A DNA stretch of 64,000 bases from Nitrospinales bacterium (GCA_965223795.1 CBDCXL010000002.1:70105-134104); one strand, 5' to 3'; shown: positions 28,567 to 41,943, counted from the stretch's first letter. A program made the numbers and translations. The notes: a model not told the origin generated them from the sequence alone.

Positions 28567-29907
28567 TTGGGGGGTTTGTTAAAAACCTTGGACGAATCGA
28601 TATTACCCCGTGCTTTGACACTGGCGGTGTTGCTCCTCTTTTCGGGTTTTTTTTCCGCGTGTGAAGCCGCTTTCTTCTCCCTGAATCCGTTGCAGCTGAC
28701 GGAAATGAAGGACAACAGGGGCCGTCTGGGCCGCCTGGTCTACTCCCTCCTGGAAAAACCGCGGGAACTCCTCATCACCATCTACATCGGCAACGAGCTG
28801 GTCAACATCGCGATTTCTGTCATCACCACCTCGATCGCCATCAAGATTTTCGGCAATGCCGGCGTGGGGATCGCCATCGGCGTCGGCACGTTCCTGCTGC
28901 TCATTTTCGGGGAGATCGTCCCCAAATCCATGTCGCTCAAAGTGGCGCAGGCGTTCGCCCTCGCCGCCGCCTTCCCGCTCAAGCTGTTTTCCCAGCTGGT
29001 GCAGCCGCCGCAGAAATTCCTGACCAAGCTCGCTGAGGGATTCATCCGCTATCTCGGTTTCGGCGGCGCGCCGCAGCAGGAGCCGGCTATCACCGACGCG
29101 GAGTTCCGCGCCATGGTGCAGATCGGCGTCGGCGAAGGCGTGATCGACGACGACGAGAAGGAGATGATCCACAACGTCATCAATTTCGGGGAAACCACGG
29201 TCGGCGAGATCATGACCCCCAAAAACGACATGGTGACGGTCAGCATCGACGACAGCCTGGACGACATCCTTCCCTTGATCGCGGAAAATTTCTACTCGCG
29301 CGTCCCGGTGTACGATGAAACGCAGGAAAACATCATCGGCATCCTGCTCACCAAGCGGCTCAACCGGCTCAAGCACCTGCCCAGGGAAAACGTCAACCTG
29401 AAAAGCATCATCCTCCCTCCCCTTTCGGTGCCGGAATCCAAGAAGATCAAGGAGCTTCTTGAGGAATTCAAAAAGCAGAAGCGTCACATCGCCATCGTGC
29501 TCGATGAATACGGCAGCGTGGCGGGGCTGGTGACGCTGGAGGACATCCTCGAAGAGCTGGTGGGCGAGATCGACAGCGAAATGCGGGTGGACCAGGAGGA
29601 TGTGGCAAAAATCACCGAAGACAATTACCGGGTGCACGGGTCGTTCAGCATTTATGACTTCAACGAATACTTCAACGCCGACCTGCCGGTGGACCAGTAC
29701 AACACTGTGGGCGGGATGGTGTTCCACCTGTTCGGCCGGGTTCCCCGGTCCGGGGAAACGGTGACGCACGGCAACTTCAAGTTCCGGGTCGAAAAAATGA
29801 AAGGTCCGCGCATCCTGAGAGTGCACCTGACGGTTCTGCGTGCGGGAGCAAAAGAAAAAGAAGAAGAAAACGGCGCCGAACTGGCGAAAAAACCGGCAAA
29901 CGGCTGA
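28567..29907 (+). CDS. CNNM(DUF21)-CBS-CorC_HlyC family membrane protein
   Basis: N-terminal TM domain with GEIVPK, a CBS pair, and a C-terminal CorC/HlyC domain. Confidence 0.85.
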   Translation: MGGLLKTLDESILPRALTLAVLLLFSGFFSACEAAFFSLNPLQLTEMKDNRGRLGRLVYSLLEKPRELLITIYIGNELVNIAISVITTSIAIKIFGNAGVGIAIGVGTFLLLIFGEIVPKSMSLKVAQAFALAAAFPLKLFSQLVQPPQKFLTKLAEGFIRYLGFGGAPQQEPAITDAEFRAMVQIGVGEGVIDDDEKEMIHNVINFGETTVGEIMTPKNDMVTVSIDDSLDDILPLIAENFYSRVPVYDETQENIIGILLTKRLNRLKHLPRENVNLKSIILPPLSVPESKKIKELLEEFKKQKRHIAIVLDEYGSVAGLVTLEDILEELVGEIDSEMRVDQEDVAKITEDNYRVHGSFSIYDFNEYFNADLPVDQYNTVGGMVFHLFGRVPRSGETVTHGNFKFRVEKMKGPRILRVHLTVLRAGAKEKEEENGAELAKKPANG

Positions 29908-31160
29908 TGGATCTGACAACCACATTGATTCTGGTGACGCTGTTTCTGTTCATGGAGGCGTTTTTCTCCGGATCGGAAATCGGCATGATCGCCGTCAACC
30001 GCATCAAGATGCAGCAGAAAGCCGACGAGGGCGATCTTTCCGCCTCGGTGGTGCTCAATCTTCTGAGCACCCCGGAAAGGCTGTTCGCCACCACGTCGCT
30101 GGGCACCAACGTCGCGATGGTATCCAGCTCGGCGGTGTTCACGGCCTACATGGTGTCGCGCTTCGGCGAGTCGGGCGAATGGCTGGCGATGCTGGCGCTC
30201 ACGCCGCTGGTGCTGTTTCTGGGTGAGATCGTGCCGAAGATGATCATCCAGAACCGCGCCGACCCGATCATGCTGGTTCTGGTCACGCCGCTGAACTGGT
30301 TCTGCAACGTGTTCTCGCCCATCATCGGCCTGTTCACCCGGGCGTCGCGGCTGGTCACCGAAAACATCCTGAGCCCGGAGGAATCGAACGGACAGACCAC
30401 CAGCCGCGATCAGATCCGTCAGGTCATGAGCATCGATTCGCAGACGGTGCAGCTGGGCTCGGTGGAGCGCCGGATGATCCACAAGATCTTCAATTTCGGC
30501 GAGATCAATGTGGAGCAGTGCATGGTGCCGCTGGTGCAGATGACGGCCATCCTCGACACGGCGACGCTGGAGGAAGCGCACCAGGTGGCGAACGATTCCG
30601 GGTTTTCCCGGCTTCCCGTGTTTCACGAGCGGATGCACAACATCATCGGCGTCCTCAATGCGTTCGACCTGATCGATCAGCCGGTGGACGACACGCCCGT
30701 CACCGGCCTCATCCGTCCGGCGTACTACGTGCCGCCCAACAAGAAGATCGACGACCTGCTCAAGGAGCTGCAGCAGCGCGGACTGCACATGGCGGTGGTA
30801 GTGGATGAATACGGCGGCTGCACGGGCATCGTGACCATCGAGGATCTGCTGGAGAAGATCGTCGGTGAGATCGAGGACGAATACGACAAGATAGAAAAGC
30901 AATACGAAAACTACGCCGACGGCGGCTACCTGATCGAGGCGGACATGGAAGTGGGCGTCATCAACGAAACGCTCAACCTCAATCTGCCCTCCGGCGATTA
31001 CGAAACGCTGGCGGGGCTCGTCATCCATCACCTGGAAAAGGTCCCCAACCCCGGTGAGCAGCTGGAGGTGAACGGTTACCGGCTGACCATCAAGGAAGCC
31101 AGCAAGCGCAAAGTGCAGTCGATCATCGTGCGCAAGCTCGAACCGGAATCCTCCGGCTGA
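29907..31160 (+). CDS. second CNNM(DUF21)-CBS-CorC_HlyC family membrane protein
   Basis: Same architecture as the previous gene (GEIVPK, CBS pair, CorC). Its start overlaps the previous stop (TGATG). Confidence 0.85.
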   Translation: MDLTTTLILVTLFLFMEAFFSGSEIGMIAVNRIKMQQKADEGDLSASVVLNLLSTPERLFATTSLGTNVAMVSSSAVFTAYMVSRFGESGEWLAMLALTPLVLFLGEIVPKMIIQNRADPIMLVLVTPLNWFCNVFSPIIGLFTRASRLVTENILSPEESNGQTTSRDQIRQVMSIDSQTVQLGSVERRMIHKIFNFGEINVEQCMVPLVQMTAILDTATLEEAHQVANDSGFSRLPVFHERMHNIIGVLNAFDLIDQPVDDTPVTGLIRPAYYVPPNKKIDDLLKELQQRGLHMAVVVDEYGGCTGIVTIEDLLEKIVGEIEDEYDKIEKQYENYADGGYLIEADMEVGVINETLNLNLPSGDYETLAGLVIHHLEKVPNPGEQLEVNGYRLTIKEASKRKVQSIIVRKLEPESSG

Positions 31161-31187
31161 ACGGTCCCACCGCATGCCGCCGCGGCG

Positions 31188-31910
31188 TCAGAACCCGAGT
31201 TTTCTTTCCAGCTCTTCGTAGGCGGCCTGAATCTCAAGAAATTTCAAATGCGCGCCCTCGCCTTCTTCCCGTCCCAGATGCGCGAACCGGTCGGGATGCA
31301 GTTCGGAGGCTTTCTGCCTGTAGGCCTTTTTGATCTCCTCGGAGCCTGCGGAATAGTCCACACCGAGGATGCGGTAAGGGTTTTTAAGCGTGCTGAGGGA
31401 ATACTTGAGGCGGATGCGGTCGTGCTCCGGGTACGAAACGTCCAGGTGGTCGGCCAGCTGGTTGATGAGTTCCTGAGTGGTTTCGGTCAGGGCGTTTTCG
31501 ATGAGCGCCATCTTGTACGACAATGCCAGCACGAGCAGGTTGTAATTATTTTGAGTGGCTTTGCGGTACTGGACGGCGAAGGGTTTGAGGTCGGGATCGA
31601 GCTTCTCGGTTTCGGCGATGACCTGATCGACAAAGCCCAGGTCTTTCGTCTCGTATTCGAGGTTTTTGATAAAAAAACGGTGGATGGCGCGGCGTTCGTT
31701 CTGCGTCAGCGGCCCGTCGCGCATTCCCACTTTGGCGAGGATCACCACAAGACACGTCACGAACAGACCTTTGTCGCTGACGCCGGGCAGTCCCCGGCCG
31801 ATTTTTTTCAGGGCCTTTTTGGTGATGATGTGCTGCAGGGTTCCCCCGACGACGGCTCCGAGCGGGCCGCCGCGAAGAAAACCCATGCCGGCGCCCAGCA
31901 GCCAGGACAT
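31188..31910 (-). CDS. djlA: DjlA-like co-chaperone (TerB-like domain plus C-terminal J domain)
   Basis: Start moved to ATG 31910, which has GGAGG 7 nt upstream. J domain YRILGV...AYRQKASELHPDR at the C-terminus. Confidence 0.8.
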   Translation of the reverse strand: MSWLLGAGMGFLRGGPLGAVVGGTLQHIITKKALKKIGRGLPGVSDKGLFVTCLVVILAKVGMRDGPLTQNERRAIHRFFIKNLEYETKDLGFVDQVIAETEKLDPDLKPFAVQYRKATQNNYNLLVLALSYKMALIENALTETTQELINQLADHLDVSYPEHDRIRLKYSLSTLKNPYRILGVDYSAGSEEIKKAYRQKASELHPDRFAHLGREEGEGAHLKFLEIQAAYEELERKLGF

Positions 31911-32123
31911 GGCATTTCCTCCCGATGTCAATCGCTCTCGGTAAACGCTTCATGATAGCACCGGGGGCCCCGGGGGACAAGGACAGCGGGGCCGGAAGAG
32001 CTTGTTCTGAAAAGCCGATTGTAGTATGGTTTGTCCGATTTCGGCCGGCGGACGCACCGTCTTGGAGTTTTGCGGGCTGGAAAAACCAGGGGCCGGATCC
32101 GGTCCCATTCGAGGGAGAGGGAA

Positions 32124-32414
32124 ATGGTCAAGCACATTGTGATGTTCAAACTGGCGGATAAAAATCAGGACAATCTGGATACGGTGGTGAACGCGCTGCG
32201 CGGCATGGAAGGGAACATCGAGACCCTGCGCTTCATCGAGGTGGGCGTGGATTATTCGGGTTCCGAGCGCAGCTACGATGTGGTGCTGACCACGCATTTC
32301 GATGACCGGCGGGGACTGGAAACCTATGTGACGCACGAAAACCACGTGCCGGTCGCCAAGACCATGCGCTCCCTCTGCTCGCATTCGGTGGTCGTGGATT
32401 ATGAACAGGATTGA
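32124..32414 (+). CDS. Dabb (stress-responsive alpha/beta barrel) domain protein
   Basis: Start moved to ATG 32124. MVKHIVMFKL...HENHVPV pattern. Confidence 0.8.
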   Translation: MVKHIVMFKLADKNQDNLDTVVNALRGMEGNIETLRFIEVGVDYSGSERSYDVVLTTHFDDRRGLETYVTHENHVPVAKTMRSLCSHSVVVDYEQD

Positions 32415-32870
32415 ACGCCGGACCGGACGAACCATCCCGCCGGCCGCGTGATACAGTGGCGGATTTATCGTTCAAGCGAATCCGGACGAAATAAATTCTT
32501 GTGCTTTCAAAATTTGGGTGATAGTATTCCTTCTTAAAATTTGTAAAATTTACACTTAATGTTACTTAATAAGCGGAGGAGCCACAGAATCAGCATTTAA
32601 AAACGGATGCCTGTTCGCAGCATCGCTCATTTTCCGCCGCTTTCGCCGAAGACGAAACGATTTTTCAGCTTCTGATTGCGGGGATGGAACCCCGGTTTTC
32701 CACTGTACGCACCGCATTCGGAAATCGCCACTCTGCCGATAGTCGAAAAAGGGGTAATTTCACGGTATCAACCCGTTCTCCCCGATTTTCTTCCTGAACG
32801 GCGCACGCAGCTTCCGCCCGTTTTTTTCTAACACCGGTTTATCCCAAAACTAAAAAAGGAGGTTTTGGGG

Positions 32871-33626
32871 ATGGTCAAGAAAAAAAAGACGAAAAAAAAG
32901 GCTGTGAAAAAGACCACAGCCAAGAAGAAAACTGCCTCCAAAAAGACTGCCAAGACCGGCAAAAAAAAGAAGTCTGCTAAAAAGACCGCTGCCAAAAAAA
33001 CCAAATCCAAGGTGAAGAGCAAAGCCAAGGCCGCGAAGAAGAAAACGCCGAAAGCGAAGGCCAAAAAGAAAGCCAGGACGAAAGCGAAAGCCAAGGCCGC
33101 GAAAAAGAAAACGCCGGCGAAACGAAAAGCCCCGAAAAAAGCGGCCAAGGCCAAAAAGAAGTCCGCATCCAAAACACCCGCGAAATCCGCCAAAAAAGCC
33201 AGAGCCGCCAAACCCGAGCCCGAGCCGGAGCCGCCTGAGCCGGACGAACCGCCACCGCCCCCCGAACCGGTCGATTTGACATCGGACCCCGCCGTGATGA
33301 AGATCTACGAACGGCTGATCCAGAACCGTTCGGAAGTGGTCAAGATGCTGCAGTCCTCGCAGCAGATGGAACGGGATGTGGGGGAGTTGACTTTCAGCGA
33401 TGAGATCGATCTGGCGGCGAGCCTGGAGGGAAGGGAGATGATTTTTCAGCTTTCCAGCCGCGACCGCAACGAGCTGAAGTTGATCGAAGAAGCCCTGTTC
33501 AAAATCCAGAAGGGCACTTACGGCATTTGCGAAAACTGCGGCAAGAAAATCGCGATGAAGCGGCTGCAGATTCTGCCGCTCAGCACGCTCTGCATCGATT
33601 GCAAGGAATCCGCCGAAATGGCGTGA
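32871..33626 (+). CDS. DksA/TraR-family zinc-finger protein with ~125-aa histone-H1-like Lys/Ala-rich N-terminal tail
   Basis: AGGAGG RBS. KKxAKK repeats, then a PEPEPEPPEPDEPPPPPEP linker. DxxDxA tip motif (DEIDLA). C4 finger CENC...CIDC. Confidence 0.8.
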   Translation: MVKKKKTKKKAVKKTTAKKKTASKKTAKTGKKKKSAKKTAAKKTKSKVKSKAKAAKKKTPKAKAKKKARTKAKAKAAKKKTPAKRKAPKKAAKAKKKSASKTPAKSAKKARAAKPEPEPEPPEPDEPPPPPEPVDLTSDPAVMKIYERLIQNRSEVVKMLQSSQQMERDVGELTFSDEIDLAASLEGREMIFQLSSRDRNELKLIEEALFKIQKGTYGICENCGKKIAMKRLQILPLSTLCIDCKESAEMA

Positions 33627-33637
33627 AGCTCCGCTGC

Positions 33638-36229
<2,592 letters not shown>

Positions 36230-36594
36230 ATGCGGACCGCTTCGTTCTTTACCTATAATTTATGAGCAAGGGCCGTTTTGCGAAAAGGCACACGGGTGCC
36301 CGCTGCAAAACAACCCATCGTTGACATTTTGAGGAATTCAACTCGAATGGAAACCATCCCCTCCCCCGAACCTGACGGTTGGGATCGAACTCATTGTAAC
36401 CAAACCGCAAGCGTAATGAAACCACTCTTTTGCGCTGGCGCGGACGATCCAGCTGGGATGGAAAACGGAGATGGAGTTTGCGAATCAAAGAGAAACGCCG
36501 GGGTTCGCCGCGGCGGGAGACGTTTCAGAAACGCTTCGGGCACGATGCACGGGCACACGCCCGCGCCTGTGCGCACTAAAATCGGGAAAGCGGA

Positions 36595-37539
36595 TCAGTC
36601 TTCGAGGATGTAATTTTTGGGATTGACCGGAACGCCGTTCAGCAGAACTTCGTAATGCAGGTGCGGTCCGGTGCTGCGGCCGGTGTTGCCGACCTTGGCG
36701 ATGGGCTGGCCGCGCTTCACGCGGTCTCCCACTTTGACCAGGTGCTTGGAGTTGTGGCCGTAACGGGTGGCGATGCCGTAGCCGTGGCGGATCTCCACCA
36801 TTTTGCCGTAGCCGCTTTCTCGGCCGGCGATGGTGACGGTGCCGTCGGCGGTGGCGCGCACGATGGAACCGCTGCGGGCGCCGATATCCCAGCCTTCATG
36901 TTTTTCTTTCAGGCCGGTGAACGGGGATTTACGGATGCCGAATCCGGAGGTGACCCAGCCGCGGGTCGGCCAGATCGAAGGCGTGGCCGCGAGCAGGGAT
37001 TTCTGATTCTTGAAGTATTCGTCCAGCTGCTGGAAGCTGATGGCCTGCACCTTGGCCTGCTGGTTGAGCTGATCGAGATCGATGGAAAGCCGTTCGACCA
37101 TGGACACGGCTTCCCGCTCCAGGGAAGTCGTGAAACTCTGGGACGACAATCCGTACGGGCCGCCCACGCCCCAGTCCTCGGTGGACTTGGACGGCGACTC
37201 GCCGAGATCCGTGATCACGCGCAGTTTGTTGGCGAAACGGTCCAAACGGGCCATTTCCGTGGAAAAGTCCTTGACCTGCTGGGTGAATTTTTCAACCTGG
37301 ACTTTCTGAATCTTGGATTCGCGCCGCAGTTCCGTGATTTCAACCTGGTCGTTGCGCAGTTGGTTGTAGCTCTTGATGAAATAGACCGAGGAACCGGCCA
37401 GAACCACCAGCAGAACCAGAGAAAAAATGAGCCCAAAGTGGAAATATTTTTTAGGAATGCGAATTTTCTTGGGAGCTTCTGCGGACCCCGGAAACAACAT
37501 CAGGGTATAGTCTTCTTTATTCACCCCGCCCTCCTGCAA
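36595..37539 (-). CDS. M23-family murein endopeptidase with coiled-coil N-terminus (EnvC-like)
   Basis: HEGWDI...HLHYEV LytM motifs. One TM/signal anchor. Confidence 0.9.
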   Translation of the reverse strand: MQEGGVNKEDYTLMLFPGSAEAPKKIRIPKKYFHFGLIFSLVLLVVLAGSSVYFIKSYNQLRNDQVEITELRRESKIQKVQVEKFTQQVKDFSTEMARLDRFANKLRVITDLGESPSKSTEDWGVGGPYGLSSQSFTTSLEREAVSMVERLSIDLDQLNQQAKVQAISFQQLDEYFKNQKSLLAATPSIWPTRGWVTSGFGIRKSPFTGLKEKHEGWDIGARSGSIVRATADGTVTIAGRESGYGKMVEIRHGYGIATRYGHNSKHLVKVGDRVKRGQPIAKVGNTGRSTGPHLHYEVLLNGVPVNPKNYILED

Positions 37540-37750
37540 CTGTGATCAGACTTTATGACTAAAAATCCTTGCACAACCCTCCAATCCCGTAAACTAGCTT
37601 TGAAGCCTTTTGATGTCAACCTTAAATTGGGTTGTGCGCGTGTGACGAAAACATCAATGCGAAGTGATCCGCTCGATCCTTTGTTTTTTGCGAATCGTCC
37701 GCACAAAAATCCGATTTCTTTTTTCAGGCAGCAAGAAGCGGTTTTTCAAA

Positions 37751-38650
37751 TCAATTTACCTTCTCGCGCGCCTGAATGTGATTGGGATTGATTTTCAAAA
37801 CGTCGCGAAAATACGACTGCGCTTTTTCGGTCTCGCCCTTTTCCTCGTGCAGCAGACCGAGACTGAAATAGGCCGGAACCAATCCCTGCCTGTATTCGAT
37901 TTCCTGAAACACATCCGCCATCTGAGCAAACCGGTCGATGGCCTCGTCCAGTTTTCCGGCGGCGTACAGCCTGAATCCTTCCTGGCGCAGGGTTCTCCCT
38001 ATGGACCGGCCATAACCCCGCGCCAGGAGGGATCGACCTTCCTTGACATGTTCCCTAAACTCTGCAAAAAACAAGCCATAACTCCCCTTTTCCCGGTATA
38101 TTTCACCTAAGTTGTTGTAAAACATAGGTTTTTTTGGCTCCAGGCGGATGGCCTCCTTCACCGATTTTATGGCATAAGTGTATGATTTTGTGCGCGCTAG
38201 GGATGCCCCCAGGTTGTTCCAGGCGAGCGCGTCCCCCGGGTCGCCGCGGGTGGCCCGCTCCAGGTGATTTTGCGCCAGCGCGTCGTCGCCCTCCAGGTAA
38301 TGGTGGTAGCCCAAGGCGTACTGCGCCGCGGATGAGGCTGGATTTTCGGCAAGGTATGTCTCGATGAAGGGCACCACCTCCCCTTCCCGGCCCGCGCCCC
38401 GGTAGGACCTTATCAGGCCCCGGAACACCGCGCTGTTCGCGTTCCCAGCCTGAATCAGCGCCTGGTAGGCCGCCAGCGCTTCGGGATATTGTTTTCGGGC
38501 CAGCAGCAACTCCGCCTCCTGGGCGGGGGAAAGCTGCATCCCCGGATGGCCGCCCGGCGGCTGGGCCCCGGTCTCGACGGACCAAAGGCAGCCAAGCATG
38601 CCCAGAAGGGCCAAAAGGCCTCTTATTCTGTTTCGGAGTTTTTGCCTCAT
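37751..38650 (-). CDS. secreted TPR-repeat protein
   Basis: Signal peptide and 6-7 TPR units. Confidence 0.8.
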   Translation of the reverse strand: MRQKLRNRIRGLLALLGMLGCLWSVETGAQPPGGHPGMQLSPAQEAELLLARKQYPEALAAYQALIQAGNANSAVFRGLIRSYRGAGREGEVVPFIETYLAENPASSAAQYALGYHHYLEGDDALAQNHLERATRGDPGDALAWNNLGASLARTKSYTYAIKSVKEAIRLEPKKPMFYNNLGEIYREKGSYGLFFAEFREHVKEGRSLLARGYGRSIGRTLRQEGFRLYAAGKLDEAIDRFAQMADVFQEIEYRQGLVPAYFSLGLLHEEKGETEKAQSYFRDVLKINPNHIQAREKVN

Positions 38651-38675
38651 TCTTTAGGCTGCGGGGGGTTCGGGA

Positions 38676-40052
38676 TCAGCCCATCTCTTCGGGAGACGGC
38701 TCCTCATTTCCCCCCTGCTGGCCGGACAGGTTGTAGAAGCGGGTGTGGTCGTTCTCGAAATGCAGCTTGACGTCGCCGATGGGCCCGTTTCGCTGCTTGC
38801 GGATCAGGATCTCGGCGATGCCGACCTGATCGCCTTCGGGGTTGTACACCTCGTCGCGGTAAATGAACGCGACCACATCGGCGTCCTGCTCGATCGATCC
38901 GGATTCGCGCAGATCGGACAGCAGCGGCCGTTTGTCGGTGCGGCTTTCGACGCCGCGGCTGAGCTGGGAAAGCGCCACGATGGGCACATTGACTTCCTTG
39001 GCGAGCGCCTTGAGCCCGCGGGAAATCTCCGACACTTCGAGCTGGCGGCTTTCGGTGTTGGCACGGCCGTGCATGAGCTGCAGGTAATCGACGATAATGA
39101 GGCCGAGTTTCTGCTCCGCCGCCAGCCGCCGGGCGCGGGCGCGGATGTCCAGCGAACTCAAGGCCGGGGTGTCGTCGATGTACATGGCTGCTTCCGAAAG
39201 GCGGCTCGCCGCCTGGGTGAGCTTGGGCCAGTCGCTCTTGGCGAGGTAGCCGGTGCGCAGCTTGGCGGAGTTGATGCGCGCCTCGGCGCACAGCATGCGC
39301 AGGCCGAGCTGCTCCTTCGACATCTCCAGGCTGAAGATCGCGGTGGGCACCCTTTCGTGCAGGGCCGCGTGCCGGGCGATGTCGAGCGCGAAACTGGTTT
39401 TCCCCATGCTGGGCCGTGCGGCGATGATGACGAGGTCGGAAGGCTGCAGGCCGGCGGTCAGGTTGTCGAGATCGAGAAACCCGGTGCTCACACCGGTGAC
39501 CATGCCGGGATTTTCCACCAGCTTCTCGATGGAAACAAAGTTGGATTTGACGACTTCCTGCAGGCTGAAAAAACTGCGGTTGGACCGTTTCTCGGAAATC
39601 TGGAAGATGGACTGCTCGGCGCGGTCGAGGATCTGGTCGACGTCTTCGGCGTTGCTGTAGCTGTCGGTGACGATCTGGGTGGCGGTCTCGATCAGCTCGC
39701 GCAGCACCTTTTTTTCCCGCACGATCTTGGCGTGGTGCAGGACGGCGGTGGCGGTGGGGACGAAGTCTTCGAGAAAATCCAGGTAGTCCATGCCGCCCAC
39801 CGCATCGAGCTCGCTCTTCTTGCGCAGCTTCTCGGCCAGTGAGAGCACGTCGATGGGGTCGTTGGCCTCGAAAAGATCCAGCATGGCGATGTAGATCTTT
39901 TTGTGGCTGGACTTGTAAAAATCCTCCTCGCCGAGGACTTCCAGAGTCTTGGCGACGGCTTCCTGAGATTTGAGGCAGGACGCCAGCACGCTCTGCTCGG
40001 CTTCCATGCTGTAAGGGGGAAGTTTGCTTAACGCAAGGTCCGATACGGCCAT
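38676..40052 (-). CDS. dnaB: replicative DNA helicase
   Basis: LPPYSMEAEQSVL at the N-terminus, Walker A ARPSMGKTSFAL, and QLSR..E.R. Confidence 0.95.
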   Translation of the reverse strand: MAVSDLALSKLPPYSMEAEQSVLASCLKSQEAVAKTLEVLGEEDFYKSSHKKIYIAMLDLFEANDPIDVLSLAEKLRKKSELDAVGGMDYLDFLEDFVPTATAVLHHAKIVREKKVLRELIETATQIVTDSYSNAEDVDQILDRAEQSIFQISEKRSNRSFFSLQEVVKSNFVSIEKLVENPGMVTGVSTGFLDLDNLTAGLQPSDLVIIAARPSMGKTSFALDIARHAALHERVPTAIFSLEMSKEQLGLRMLCAEARINSAKLRTGYLAKSDWPKLTQAASRLSEAAMYIDDTPALSSLDIRARARRLAAEQKLGLIIVDYLQLMHGRANTESRQLEVSEISRGLKALAKEVNVPIVALSQLSRGVESRTDKRPLLSDLRESGSIEQDADVVAFIYRDEVYNPEGDQVGIAEILIRKQRNGPIGDVKLHFENDHTRFYNLSGQQGGNEEPSPEEMG

Positions 40053-40078
40053 GGGTCTCCTCCCGGGACAAGGTGGAT

Positions 40079-40654
40079 TCAGGAGGTTTCTTCTTTGCTG
40101 TCCTCGCTGGCTTCCTCAGTGTTTTCTTCGGGGGCGGCCGCCGCTTCGGCCGCGTCCGCGGTTTCGGCGGTTTCGTCCGTTTCCGCCGGGGCGGGTTCGG
40201 GCTCGGCCTGTTTGTCCGCGACCACGGAGACCTGGATCCTGGCGGTCACTTCCGGGTGCAGCTTCACCGGGACCTGGTACTCGCCGAGCGCCTTGATCGG
40301 TTCGGCGGGGGTGATCTTGCGCCGGTCCACCTCGATGCCCTTTCCGCGCAGCGAGTCGGCGATTTCCTGGGTGGTGACGGAACCGTACAGTTTCCCCTGC
40401 TCGCCGACTTTCTTTTTGATGACGCAGGTTTCCTTGCCGATCCGCTCGGCCAGCTCGTTGGCGGCGCCGACGATCTTTTTCAGCTTGCCCTGGACGATTT
40501 TTTTCTGGTGGTTGAACTGCTTGAGGTTTTTCGGTGTGGCGAGCAGCGCTTTGCCCTGCGGGATCAGGTAATTCCTGCCGTAGCCGTCCTTCACGGTCAC
40601 CTCGTCGCCGCAGAAGCCGAGCCCGTCCACGTTTTCTTTCAGTAACAGCTTCAT
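40079..40654 (-). CDS. rplI: 50S ribosomal protein L9 with ~45-aa acidic C-terminal extension
   Basis: MKLLLKENV..LG..GD.V.VKDGYGRNYLIPQGKA. Confidence 0.9.
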   Translation of the reverse strand: MKLLLKENVDGLGFCGDEVTVKDGYGRNYLIPQGKALLATPKNLKQFNHQKKIVQGKLKKIVGAANELAERIGKETCVIKKKVGEQGKLYGSVTTQEIADSLRGKGIEVDRRKITPAEPIKALGEYQVPVKLHPEVTARIQVSVVADKQAEPEPAPAETDETAETADAAEAAAAPEENTEEASEDSKEETS

Positions 40655-40690
40655 GTCCCTTTCACTCCGTTGCGTTTGCAGATTGTTTTC

Positions 40691-41650
40691 TCATTCCGGT
40701 TCGTCTTCCGCCGCCGGTTTTTTTCTCAGCTTTCTGAAATCCACCCAGATGTCGAACACGCCCAGTCCTGCAATGAGCCCGATCAGCATGGGCTGGATCA
40801 GGGTCAGCAGAAAAAACAGCGCCCACAAAAACCGGGGCAGGTTCTTGGCCTCCATGATGTGGATGGCGATGGCCATCCCGTGCAGGAAATAAACCCACAG
40901 CATCACGAGGAACAGATTCAGGCCCAGTGTTTTCGCTTCTCCCGAAAGCAGGAACACGAACGCGCCGGACAGGATCAACGGCCAGATCCACTGCTCGTCG
41001 AGCACCCATTGGGAAAACTTTCCCTGCGGGAACACCGTCTCGCCGTACAGCCTGCGCCATGCGAGGCGCACCAGGAAAAAATTGATCACGGCGGTCATCA
41101 TCGAACCGACGACGATGAACGCGGGGTACGCCGAGGCAAAGGTGCGGGAGGTGCCTTCGACGAACTCGGTCATCGCGTTCATATCGGCCGGCGCCTGCCC
41201 GGTCTCTTTCAGGGTTTCCATCGACTGATGGAAATGGCTTTCAATCTGCTCCTGAAAAAAATCGGTGACCGATTTCTCCTGGCTGCCGTACAGCATCACC
41301 AGCAGCAGGATCGACAGCATCGACGAGGCCAGCGTGCTGAACAGCACGCAGCGGTCCATGCTGAACCCGGCTTTGATCGTCTCGGCCATGACGGCGGCCA
41401 TGACCGCGTATTCCGCGAAAAACAGGATGGCCTGTCCCGGCCCCATCAGCGTGTACAGGGCGGCGAACACCAGCACCATCAGGATCACGCCCACCTGCAT
41501 TCCCCGCTGCAGGTACACGAAAAGCAAGGGGGCCGGAGCGAGAATGCCCGCCAGTATTCCCAGCGGGGGAATCAGCACGACCACGAAAAAAACGGCCGTG
41601 ACCAGGATCAGCGGCAGCAGCAGATCCCTTAACTCGGGTTTCTCGGACAA
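40691..41650 (-). CDS. DUF2232 (YybS-like) polytopic membrane protein
   Basis: Multi-TM protein in the conserved rpsR-(yybS)-rplI position. Confidence 0.7.
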   Translation of the reverse strand: MSEKPELRDLLLPLILVTAVFFVVVLIPPLGILAGILAPAPLLFVYLQRGMQVGVILMVLVFAALYTLMGPGQAILFFAEYAVMAAVMAETIKAGFSMDRCVLFSTLASSMLSILLLVMLYGSQEKSVTDFFQEQIESHFHQSMETLKETGQAPADMNAMTEFVEGTSRTFASAYPAFIVVGSMMTAVINFFLVRLAWRRLYGETVFPQGKFSQWVLDEQWIWPLILSGAFVFLLSGEAKTLGLNLFLVMLWVYFLHGMAIAIHIMEAKNLPRFLWALFFLLTLIQPMLIGLIAGLGVFDIWVDFRKLRKKPAAEDEPE

Positions 41651-41653
41651 GGT

Positions 41654-41890
<237 letters not shown>

Positions 41891-41943
41891 GTTTTCCTCT
41901 TTGTAAAATCAGAAATTCACGCTTTCTGAAATGAACGTTTGTA

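Noticed and set aside
28567-31160. Tandem CNNM-CBS-CorC paralogues considered as an unusual duplication.
   Set aside because: The sequences are clearly diverged, and such pairs are common housekeeping arrangements. Nothing anomalous was seen beyond the TGATG junction.
36370-36400. GGGATCGAACTC-like segment upstream of secA, considered as a tRNA T-arm or tRNA fragment.
   Set aside because: The flanking bases cannot form the T-stem or an acceptor stem, and no anticodon arm could be folded on either strand.
38704-40071. 455-aa ORF in an alternative frame overlapping dnaB. Similar alternative-frame ORFs include 43006-44166, 28603-29925, 29652-31175, 34292-36217 and 48184-49368.
   Set aside because: They are Arg/Pro/Gly-rich out-of-frame or antisense shadows of well-supported genes (dnaB, FG-GAP, CorC, secA, SBP).
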